Source of the DNA: Candidatus Woesearchaeota archaeon
GTDB lineage: Archaea > Nanobdellota > Nanobdellia > Pacearchaeales > UBA284
DNA: 59,565 nucleotides
Assembly: GCA_964443565.1 (NCBI GenBank)
Contig: CAYUCT010000003.1
Span: 1-59,565 of the forward strand
Reading direction: 5' to 3'
Below are positions 38,211 through 46,028 of this stretch, in pieces (the first letter of the stretch is position 1; each line of letters opens with the position of its first letter). The notes below the pieces were generated by a model, which saw only the letters and a list, made by a program, of their open reading frames with translations, had not been told where the DNA came from and ran no database searches. The position numbers and the translations under genes are program-made.

Positions 38211-39306
38211 AATCAATAATTATAGAGATTTAGATATTTCTATATTAAAAGAAGAATACAAGGAATTAGTTAATTGTTCAGATGGTTGGGCAATTTTTGG
38301 AAGAGATTCATTTTGGATAAGTAATGAAGAATTTTCAAAGATAAATTTATCAGATAATTTTAAAATATTCAAAGTTGATAGTTTTAGATTAAATGGTTGG
38401 GGGTTTTATTCTCCGATAAGTTTAGAAATTGAATTAACAAAAAAATGTAATCAAAAATGTATTCATTGCTGGAATGAGTCAGGAAATGGGTCAGTAATTA
38501 GATTGGAAAAACTCGAAGAAATTGTTGATGAATTTAGAGAGAAAGGTGGGCAGAATTTAAAATTGACTGGAGGAGAACCCTTTCTGCATCCTTCTTTTTT
38601 TAATTTTGTAGAATATTCAAAAGAAAAAGGAGTTAGGAATATTGAAATCACAACAAATGGAAGTTTAATTAACGAGGACAATGTTAAATTTTTATCAAAA
38701 TATATTAATCAATTAAATATAAGCTTGCATGGTGCAACTGAAGAAACCCATAATAAAATTACAAGAAGCCAAAATTATCAAATAGTAAGGAAAGCTATTT
38801 CATTATGTAATGATTATGGATTAAGTCCTATAATAAATTTTACAATTATGGGAAAGAACAAATCTGAAATAGAAGCAATGTTTAAATTATTCCAAAATTC
38901 AAAAAATAGGATAAGATTTAATTTACTTATGCAAAGAGGTTCTGGAGAAAAATTGGAAGACATTTCTGCAGAAATTTTTAAATTAAGAAAAGAAATAAGA
39001 TATTTTGGTTCATTGTATTCGGTAGAATTAGAAAAAAGTGGGTTGTATCCTCAAGGATATAATAAAGAAGTAGAAAGTTCTAAATTTTATGGTTGTAGTG
39101 CATTAAGAACGGGAATGTATCTTTCTTCAGAAGGATTAGTTTTTCCTTGTAATTTAGCAACCAATCCTATAGGAAATATCTATGAGAATTCTATTTCTGA
39201 CATCTGGAGAAGTGAAAATGCTAAAAAAATTAGAGAAATTATTTTATGTGAGAAATATTCTTGTGGTGTTTCTTGTGGTGGAAGATGTAAAGCAAAAGAA
39301 ATATAA
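38176..39306 (+). CDS. Radical SAM / SPASM-like enzyme with an ~85-aa N-terminal extension
   Basis: CNQKCIHC, LTGGEPF, EGLVFPC (Gx4C), CEKYSCGVSCGGRC. Confidence 0.85.
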   Translation: MKKLCHPGTPCKINNYRDLDISILKEEYKELVNCSDGWAIFGRDSFWISNEEFSKINLSDNFKIFKVDSFRLNGWGFYSPISLEIELTKKCNQKCIHCWNESGNGSVIRLEKLEEIVDEFREKGGQNLKLTGGEPFLHPSFFNFVEYSKEKGVRNIEITTNGSLINEDNVKFLSKYINQLNISLHGATEETHNKITRSQNYQIVRKAISLCNDYGLSPIINFTIMGKNKSEIEAMFKLFQNSKNRIRFNLLMQRGSGEKLEDISAEIFKLRKEIRYFGSLYSVELEKSGLYPQGYNKEVESSKFYGCSALRTGMYLSSEGLVFPCNLATNPIGNIYENSISDIWRSENAKKIREIILCEKYSCGVSCGGRCKAKEI

Positions 39307-39501
39307 TTTTCGCGAAGCGAACTATCTGTTCCGAAGGACCGGCGCGTGCATAAAATTTAATGGAATTGCTAAAATCTTACCTAAACTAAGAGAGATTTTA
39401 AAATTATTAAGAAGAGAATTAAAATTTTTTAATCGCGATGTTCAATGCAATAATTTTTAGTGGCTAAATGCAGAAGGGGGGTGATTAAAAAAATAGAAAT
39501 T

Positions 39502-39900
39502 TTAATTAATTAAAAATTCTGGAGATTTTTGAATCATTTTGTTATATTGTTCATCTGGAACAGTTCTATCAATATAATACTGTGAATCAATTCTTGCTTT
39601 TAATGAATGTTCAAGAAATATTAATTCTGTTTCGTCAAAATATTCAGTTAAAAATCTTTTTGCAAATTCAATGGTACAAGAATGAACTTCACATTTTATC
39701 CCTATTTTCATTAATAAAGCATAAAGTGAAAAATAAATAGTATAATAGGCTGTTGAAATTTTCCAATCTTTGATATTATTCACCCTCATAGATTCAAGAG
39801 CATCTTCTGCTTTTTTGATGTAGGCATTGGCTAAATTTGGATTGGAATTAATTAATTTTAATCCTTCTTTTTTTTCAATACACCATTTAATTTTATCCAT
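39502..39900 (-). CDS. HEPN-domain protein (partner of the adjacent nucleotidyltransferase)
   Basis: All-helical, about 130 aa, with ARIDSQYY near the C-terminus. With the internal start MDKIKW it overlaps the upstream MNT gene by 8 nt. Confidence 0.55.
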   Translation of the reverse strand: MDKIKWCIEKKEGLKLINSNPNLANAYIKKAEDALESMRVNNIKDWKISTAYYTIYFSLYALLMKIGIKCEVHSCTIEFAKRFLTEYFDETELIFLEHSLKARIDSQYYIDRTVPDEQYNKMIQKSPEFLIN

Positions 39901-40483
39901 CTTTAAAAATTGTTTGTATAAATTTTTCCGCATTACAAAAGATTATATGGTCTTTTAGAATTTCTTTTAAAAAAATGTCTTTATTAATATTTTTCTCAAA
40001 ATTTTTTATAGGATAACATTTAATGTTTATTTCTATATTCCAATTTTTTGAGATTTTTTCTATCTCTTTTTGATTATAACTCCCCGCAATAAAAATATCT
40101 AAATCTGAATTTTCTCTTTCTAATCCCTTAACATAGCTCCCAAATATAACCCCTATTCCATTAATCTGGGGGGATATTTTTTCTATAATCTCTTTAATCA
40201 AAAGTTTTTTTTCTAAAAAGGTTAATGTTTTATATTGTTCTGCAAAAATAAGATATCTTTTAGTAAACTCGCTTGGATTTAGTTTAAATGTTCTAATTTT
40301 TCCTCTAATCTTTGATTCTATAACCCCCTTATCTTCTAAATTTTCAAGAATAAGTTGTGCGGTTCTTGGACTTATCTTTAATAATCTTTGAACTTCTCGA
40401 ATATAGTATTCTCTATTAAAATCATAAGTGAATAGGGATAAAACCTGTAATGTATTTTCAGTTATGTTAATTTTTTTATACAT
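39893..40483 (-). CDS. wHTH plus minimal nucleotidyltransferase (MNT) domain protein
   Basis: GSYVKG...NSDLDIF (GS...DxD) follows an N-terminal winged-helix-like segment. Confidence 0.65.
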   Translation of the reverse strand: MYKKINITENTLQVLSLFTYDFNREYYIREVQRLLKISPRTAQLILENLEDKGVIESKIRGKIRTFKLNPSEFTKRYLIFAEQYKTLTFLEKKLLIKEIIEKISPQINGIGVIFGSYVKGLERENSDLDIFIAGSYNQKEIEKISKNWNIEINIKCYPIKNFEKNINKDIFLKEILKDHIIFCNAEKFIQTIFKDG

Positions 40484-40530
40484 ATGTATTATTAATAATA
40501 CCGTAATATATAAATCTTTTTATCAGAAGT

Positions 40531-40958
40531 TTATTCTTCATTAGTTATACTTATAAAAAATCTTAGAGGTTTATTCTTGCCATAATATCGATAGTAACTT
40601 GGTTTCTTTTTTAATTTTTGAATAAGTCGCTCTTTTATTATATTTTTATCTCGAATATTTGGTTTCCAATCATTAATTAGTGGTTTGTTAAATTTTTGAA
40701 GGTTTATTTTTTATTAGTTTTGAAACCACGATTTTGCATCTCTTTTTTTATTAATTCATGTCTTCTTTTTAAATATAATAACTTATTTTTAAAAAATTTA
40801 ATATGCCCTTCTCCAAAACAATATTTTTTCGGAATTTCTTCTAATTTTAAGATGGAATATTTTTTTACATATCCCAATAACATTAAAATTTCATCATATT
40901 CTGCAATCAAATGTTGGTCTGATAAATATCTTGGATTAATTAGATTTATTCTTACCAT
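40531..40958 (-). pseudogene. denV: T4 endonuclease V (DenV)-like pyrimidine-dimer DNA glycosylase, interrupted by a frameshift in an A6 run
   Basis: N-terminal part MVRINLINPRYLSDQHLIAEYDEI (40704-40958). The C-terminal part ...ERLIQKLKKKPSYYRYYGKN is in another frame (40531-40707) and matches the T4 endoV C-terminus RPTWYKYYGK. Confidence 0.65.
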
Positions 40959-40995
40959 CTTATTATGCTATATGTTTAATTAAATTTAATAAAAT

Positions 40996-41328
40996 TTAAT
41001 ATCCTTTCTCTTTTTTAAATTTATAAAATTCTTCGGGAATAATATATTTATCTTTGTTTAAATCAACCGATTCCAACATTTTTTCTATTGGGAGATTTAC
41101 ATTATCTTCAATAGTAATTCGTGCCATTAAACCAAGAACATTTGTATAGATGTCTGCATATATTTTTATTCCTGCTTCTTTTTTCCATTTGCTTTGATTT
41201 TTATAATCCTCTGGTTTTATAATTTCATAAGTGGGTGTTTTAGCACAAGAAAAAAGAATACTTGAAAATAAAATCCCAATTAATCCGATTTCTTTTATTT
41301 TTCTTTTAATTGATTTGTTTATATCCAT
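40996..41328 (-). CDS. Small secreted or lipoprotein-like protein with an EF-hand-like loop
   Basis: Signal plus Cys (LFSC). DLNKDKYIIPEE fits DxNxDxxxxxxE. Confidence 0.4.
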   Translation of the reverse strand: MDINKSIKRKIKEIGLIGILFSSILFSCAKTPTYEIIKPEDYKNQSKWKKEAGIKIYADIYTNVLGLMARITIEDNVNLPIEKMLESVDLNKDKYIIPEEFYKFKKEKGY

Positions 41329-41449
41329 TTTGTCTAATAAATGTTGTTTGAAGTTTATTCAAAGCCACCTAAAGTCTATTTAGATAGTGATTTAAATATC
41401 TTATGTTTGAAATGAAAATGCTTAAATATACCCAAAATTTATTTTAATT

Positions 41450-42349
41450 ATGTATAGAAAGCGAAGGGGAAACTATTTTGAATCTCAATCAGGAGATGAT
41501 GTAGGTATTTTAAATAATTATTTATACCAAATAAAGAAATATCCAGTATTAAGTGAAAAAGATCAAAGAGAAAATTTTAAATTATTAAAACAAGGAAATT
41601 TAAAAATAAAAGAGAAAATTTTTAATTCTAATTTAAGATTGGTTATAAGTGTTGCAAAAAATTATTTTGCTAAATATCCTGCCTCTCGAATGGATATAAT
41701 TCAAGAAGGAAATTTAGGTTTAATGCGTTCTATAGAATCTTTTGATTTATCTAAAAAAACAAGGTTTTCAACATATGCATATTTTTGGATTGAACAAAGA
41801 ATAAGAAAATATTTGGAGACCGATGGAACTTTAATTGCCTTGCCCCATAATTTGAATTTTGAAATAAAAAAATTTGAAAAGGAAAAACAAAATTTTTTTA
41901 AATTTACTGGGAGAGACGATTCTTTAGAACATCTTGCAAATACATTCAATGAAAAAGAAGAAACCATTAGGAAAACACTTGAAAAAAGAGTAGAAATATT
42001 TTCTTTAGATGCCCCCATCAATGAATTTGAAGAGGATTCTTCTTTAATGATAGATCATTTAGAATATGGGGAATTAGATTCTCCGGAAAAAAAGGTTTAT
42101 AAAGAAAAAATTAAAAAATTAATGCTTAAAAAAATTTCTTCTCTTCCCCGCAAATCTCAAGAAATTGTGTTATTACGATTTGGTCTTAAAGATGGATATG
42201 AAAGAACATTAAAAGAAGTAGGTGAAATTTTTGATTTAACCAGGGAAAGAGTGAGACAAATAATAGATAAGAGTTTAGAATTAATAAAAGAAGATAAAAA
42301 TTTTATTGATGAATTAAAGAACTTATGTAATAAACAAGAATTGAAATAA
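41450..42349 (+). CDS. Sigma-70 family RNA polymerase sigma factor (bacterial type)
   Basis: Region 2: DIIQEGNLGLMRSIESFD...FSTYAYFWIEQRIRKYL. Region 4.2: TLKEVGEIFDLTRERVRQIIDKSL. Confidence 0.85.
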   Translation: MYRKRRGNYFESQSGDDVGILNNYLYQIKKYPVLSEKDQRENFKLLKQGNLKIKEKIFNSNLRLVISVAKNYFAKYPASRMDIIQEGNLGLMRSIESFDLSKKTRFSTYAYFWIEQRIRKYLETDGTLIALPHNLNFEIKKFEKEKQNFFKFTGRDDSLEHLANTFNEKEETIRKTLEKRVEIFSLDAPINEFEEDSSLMIDHLEYGELDSPEKKVYKEKIKKLMLKKISSLPRKSQEIVLLRFGLKDGYERTLKEVGEIFDLTRERVRQIIDKSLELIKEDKNFIDELKNLCNKQELK

Positions 42350-42439
42350 TTTAGCGGTTTTTAAATATTTTATTGTATTATATAAAAATAAATTTAAATA
42401 ATAAAAATTAAAAAAGAAAAATAAAATTTTAATCTTTAT

Positions 42440-42754
42440 CTATTTCTTTGCAACTTTTTCTTCTTTCAAAACTTTTTTAGCAATTATAAATACAACCAAT
42501 GCAATAATCACAAAATTTATTGCTTCTGCTAAAAATGCTCCCCATTTCAATACGATTGGACCAAGAGTTAAGACTGCTTCTCTCCACGCCCCTCCTGGAA
42601 TAAATGGAGTTATTACTGGCATGATAATATTGTCTACTAAAGATTTAATCAAAGAAGTTGAAGCAACTCCTATGATGAATGCAATTGCTAAAGCAATTAC
42701 ATTATATTCTTTCAAAAACTGTAAAAAATCTTTTATCATAAAAAAATAAGACAT
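42440..42754 (-). CDS. mscL: Large-conductance mechanosensitive channel MscL
   Basis: KDFLQFLKEYNVIALAIAFIIG...LVDNIIMP matches the MscL pattern. The start may be 42739. Confidence 0.85.
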   Translation of the reverse strand: MSYFFMIKDFLQFLKEYNVIALAIAFIIGVASTSLIKSLVDNIIMPVITPFIPGGAWREAVLTLGPIVLKWGAFLAEAINFVIIALVVFIIAKKVLKEEKVAKK

Positions 42755-42819
42755 CTTGCTTTTTTAAATATTTTTAAAATATTGTTAAAATTTATAAAAG
42801 AAGAAATATTAAAAGACTT

Positions 42820-43365
42820 ATGAAACTAATAAACTCAAATAATGGGTTAATCTTTTTTATTTTTATAGCATTACTTGTTTTTGGAAATTTTTCTTTTGTT
42901 CTATCTCAAGAAACAGATTGTCCATTTGGAAAAATAAATGATACCTATCCCGGGGATTGTAGGTTATATACTGATGAAAATCAAGACGGAATTTGTGATT
43001 TATCTCAAGATATTCAACAAAATGAAAATACATTAAACAATTCAAATATTTTTCAAGAAAAATATCCCTTCTTATCTATCTTCTTTTTGTTAGTTTTGCT
43101 TTATATTTTAACCACAATATTATCAAAGAAGGAAAAAATTTCGCATGTCTTACACAAAAAGATATGGAACATTCTCTTAACATTAAGTTTTTTAGTTTGT
43201 GCAATTAGTTCAGTAATTTACATTTTAAATTTAAATTATGGAATATTTCAATTAAATCAAAATATTTCATTTGTCCATATTGAATCTGGAATAATTATGA
43301 TAATAATCTCTATTTTTCATATAATTTGGCACATATTCTATTATAAGAATATATTTAAGCATTAA
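42820..43365 (+). CDS. Membrane protein with an N-terminal Cys motif
   Basis: CPFGKINDTYPGDCRLYTDENQDGICD followed by three or four TM helices. Confidence 0.45.
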   Translation: MKLINSNNGLIFFIFIALLVFGNFSFVLSQETDCPFGKINDTYPGDCRLYTDENQDGICDLSQDIQQNENTLNNSNIFQEKYPFLSIFFLLVLLYILTTILSKKEKISHVLHKKIWNILLTLSFLVCAISSVIYILNLNYGIFQLNQNISFVHIESGIIMIIISIFHIIWHIFYYKNIFKH

Positions 43366-43397
43366 ATTCCAAAGATTCTTATTAGTTTAAAGATAAA

Positions 43398-43655
43398 ATG
43401 GCAAAAAAAAGAGTTACAAAAAAGAAAGCAAAAACAGTTAGTAAAAAGAAATGCTGTTTATTTGAAAAAAATGAAGGAAAGTTAGATAGAGTTTTAAGAA
43501 CAATTTTAGCAATCTTGCTTTTTGTTTGGGCAAGAACCTTAATTGGAACATGGCAAATTGTTTTTGGGATAATTTCCTTGATTTTGATTATAACCGCAAT
43601 AACTGGATTTTGTGCACTTTATAAAATTTTTAGAATAAATACCAACAAGAAATAA
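43398..43655 (+). CDS. DUF2892-like small membrane protein
   Basis: DRVLR...two TM segments...GFCALYKIFRINT resembles the DUF2892 C-terminal motif. Confidence 0.6.
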   Translation: MAKKRVTKKKAKTVSKKKCCLFEKNEGKLDRVLRTILAILLFVWARTLIGTWQIVFGIISLILIITAITGFCALYKIFRINTNKK

Positions 43656-43750
43656 TTTTTTTATTTGTCTTTAAGTAGATAAAAGAAAAGATTATTAAGT
43701 TGTTTTTAATTTTTGTATTTGTAAATTTAAAGGTTAATAATCAAATTAAT

Positions 43751-44434
43751 ATGAAACTAGGAGTTTTATTTTCAGGAGGAAAAGATTCTTGTTTAGCATT
43801 AAATGAAGTTATAAAAAAAGGAAATACTGTTTCTTGTTTAATCTCTTTAATTTCAAAAAATAAAGAAAGTTATATGTTTCATACTCCCAATATAAACATT
43901 ACCAAAATACAAGCTAAATGTTTAGATATTCCATTATTACAGCAAGAAACAGAAGGAAAAAAAGAAGAAGAATTAATGGACTTGAAAAAAGGAATTATTT
44001 TTGCAATTAAAAAATATAAAATAGAGGGAATTGTTACTGGTGCGATTCAATCAGTTTATCAATCTTCTAGAATACAAAAGATATGTGATGAATTGAATAT
44101 TAAATGTATAAATCCTCTTTGGCAAAAAGATCAACTTGAAATTTTAAATAAAATTATTGAGGAAAAAATGGAAGTTATAATCTCTGGAGTGTTTGCTTAT
44201 CCCCTAGAAAAAGAACTTCTTGGAAATAAAATTGATAATTTATTTATAAAAAAAATGAAAAAATTTAAAGAAAAATATAAAATTAATCCGGCAGGAGAAG
44301 GGGGAGAAATTGAAACAACAGTTTTAGATATGCCCATTTTTAAAAAAAGAATCAAAATAATTAATTCAGAAATTAAATATTATAATTATGCGGGAAACTT
44401 TATAATTAAAAAAGCAAAAATTCAAGATAAATAG
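43751..44434 (+). CDS. PP-loop ATPase, diphthine-ammonia ligase-like
   Basis: MKLGVLFSGGKDSCLAL (SGGKDS PP-loop) and GEGGEIET near the C-terminus. I chose ATG 43751. Confidence 0.75.
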   Translation: MKLGVLFSGGKDSCLALNEVIKKGNTVSCLISLISKNKESYMFHTPNINITKIQAKCLDIPLLQQETEGKKEEELMDLKKGIIFAIKKYKIEGIVTGAIQSVYQSSRIQKICDELNIKCINPLWQKDQLEILNKIIEEKMEVIISGVFAYPLEKELLGNKIDNLFIKKMKKFKEKYKINPAGEGGEIETTVLDMPIFKKRIKIINSEIKYYNYAGNFIIKKAKIQDK

Positions 44435-44513
44435 AAAAGATATAAAAATAAAGAAAGATAATAAATAAGATAAATAGGATAAATAATTTAAATAATATCT
44501 CAAGGAAATTAAA

Positions 44514-45095
44514 ATGAAAAAAACAATACAAAATTTAACAAAGGCATTTTTAGGAGAATGTCAAGCAAGAAATAGATATACTTTTTTTGCATCTACAGCA
44601 AGAAATGAAGGTTTTGAGCAAATTGCAGCAATTTTTTTAGAAACTGCAGATCAAGAAAAAACACATGCTAAAGAGTTATATAAACTAATTAATACATTAA
44701 AAGAAAAAGAAAGAATTAAAGAAACTTTAAAGATAGAATCAGATGTTCCAATTATATTCTCAACTACAAAGGAAAATATAAAATCTGCAATTGCTGGAGA
44801 AAATTATGAATATACTTCTATGTACCCGGAGTTTGCAGATGTTGCAGAAGAAGAAGGTTTTAATGATATTGCAAAAAAACTTAGAGCAATTGCCAAAGCA
44901 GAACAACACCATGAAGAGAGATACAAAAAATTATTAGCCCATTTAGAAGATGGGACAACATTCAAAAGGAAAGAAGAAACAGTTTGGATATGTAGAGAGT
45001 GTGGTTATATGCATATTGGAAAAGAAGCACCAAAAAAATGTCCGTCTTGCGACCATCCACAAGCATTTTATCAAGTGAAGTGTGAGGAATATTAA
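44514..45095 (+). CDS. rbr: Rubrerythrin
   Basis: Ferritin-like ExxH pairs ([16 protein letters not shown]) and a C-terminal rubredoxin CRECG...CPSC. Confidence 0.9.
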   Translation: MKKTIQNLTKAFLGECQARNRYTFFASTARNEGFEQIAAIFLETADQEKTHAKELYKLINTLKEKERIKETLKIESDVPIIFSTTKENIKSAIAGENYEYTSMYPEFADVAEEEGFNDIAKKLRAIAKAEQHHEERYKKLLAHLEDGTTFKRKEETVWICRECGYMHIGKEAPKKCPSCDHPQAFYQVKCEEY

Positions 45096-45101
45096 TTTAA
45101 A

Positions 45102-45500
45102 ATTATTATAAAATAACAAACCTCAATGAGGTATACAAATGTAATATCTGTGGGAATATTGTGGAATTAAATCATGCTGGAAAGGGGCAATTGGTTTGTT
45201 ATGGGCAACCAATGGAACTTTTAAAATAAAATTCTGTTGATGCATCTTTAGAAAAACATATTCCCTTAATTTTAAAAGAAAAAGAAAAAATTATTATAAA
45301 AGTTGGAAAAATTGAACATCCCATGGAAGAAAAATATTTTATTGAATGGATAGAATTAATTGCAGATGGGATTTCGTATAAACAATTTTTAAAATCCAAA
45401 ACAGACAAACCAATAACGGAATTTTATTTTTCAAAAATTCCCAAAAAAATTATTGCAAGAATTTATTGTAATGTTCATGGATTTTGGAAAAATAAATAAA
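45102..45500 (+). pseudogene. dfx: Desulfoferrodoxin (2Fe superoxide reductase) with no in-frame ATG and an in-frame TAA
   Basis: [62 protein letters not shown]. The stop is at 45228-45230, and the CC ligand pair reads CY. Confidence 0.7.
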
Positions 45501-45514
45501 ACAAGTTTTATAAA

Positions 45515-45949
45515 TTAAGGTAAATAAATCCAATTTTCTTTTCTTGTTTTGTTTGTTTTTAAATCTGTAATTTCTTGATATATTGGTCTTTCTTCTAACT
45601 TGGTAATTTTATCTTTTTTTAATTTTTTTTTAAAATTTTCTTTTGAAAAAACTTCAATAGTTCTGCCAACAGTATAAGTAACAATTTGTGGTGCAAAAAC
45701 AATTGGCAAGAATATTTCGGCAGGGATTACATTATACTGGCTCCCAATTATACTCATTGCCAAGGGGGTATAGATTCCGCTTTCAAATGTAATCAAGATA
45801 AATTCCATTACTGTTGGGGCTAAAAAATCTCCAGACCTATATTTGTCATCATAAATTGTTTTAATTTTTTTATTATTTTCAATTACAATAGAACATTTTT
45901 CTTTATTTTCCCAATCATTCTTTTGAACAATTTCTTCTATATCCCCCAT
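45515..45949 (-). CDS. Hypothetical protein
   Basis: 144-aa ORF with a central hydrophobic region. Confidence 0.35.
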   Translation of the reverse strand: MGDIEEIVQKNDWENKEKCSIVIENNKKIKTIYDDKYRSGDFLAPTVMEFILITFESGIYTPLAMSIIGSQYNVIPAEIFLPIVFAPQIVTYTVGRTIEVFSKENFKKKLKKDKITKLEERPIYQEITDLKTNKTRKENWIYLP

Positions 45950-46028
45950 ATAAATTATTCTTTTTAGAAGTTTATAAATAAATATCTCATCTAAGATATA
46001 TATCCCATACAGGGGATTAAATTGTTAA

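Noticed and set aside
41450-42349. Contig chimerism as the explanation for all the bacterial-type genes (sigma-70, GGDEF, SLT, LeuRS, MscL).
   Set aside because: This is not rejected outright. The genes are scattered singly between archaeal-type genes, with the same composition, codon flavour and SD-like sites, and no obvious junctions. Multiple independent chimeric joins therefore seem unlikely. Read mapping is still required.
45228-45230. In-frame TAA in dfx as evidence of stop-codon reassignment or programmed readthrough.
   Set aside because: TAA terminates many well-conserved genes here at their expected C-termini, for example rbcL, tuf, ftsZ and map. The same gene also lacks an in-frame ATG and has lost a Cys ligand. 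A pseudogene is the simpler reading.
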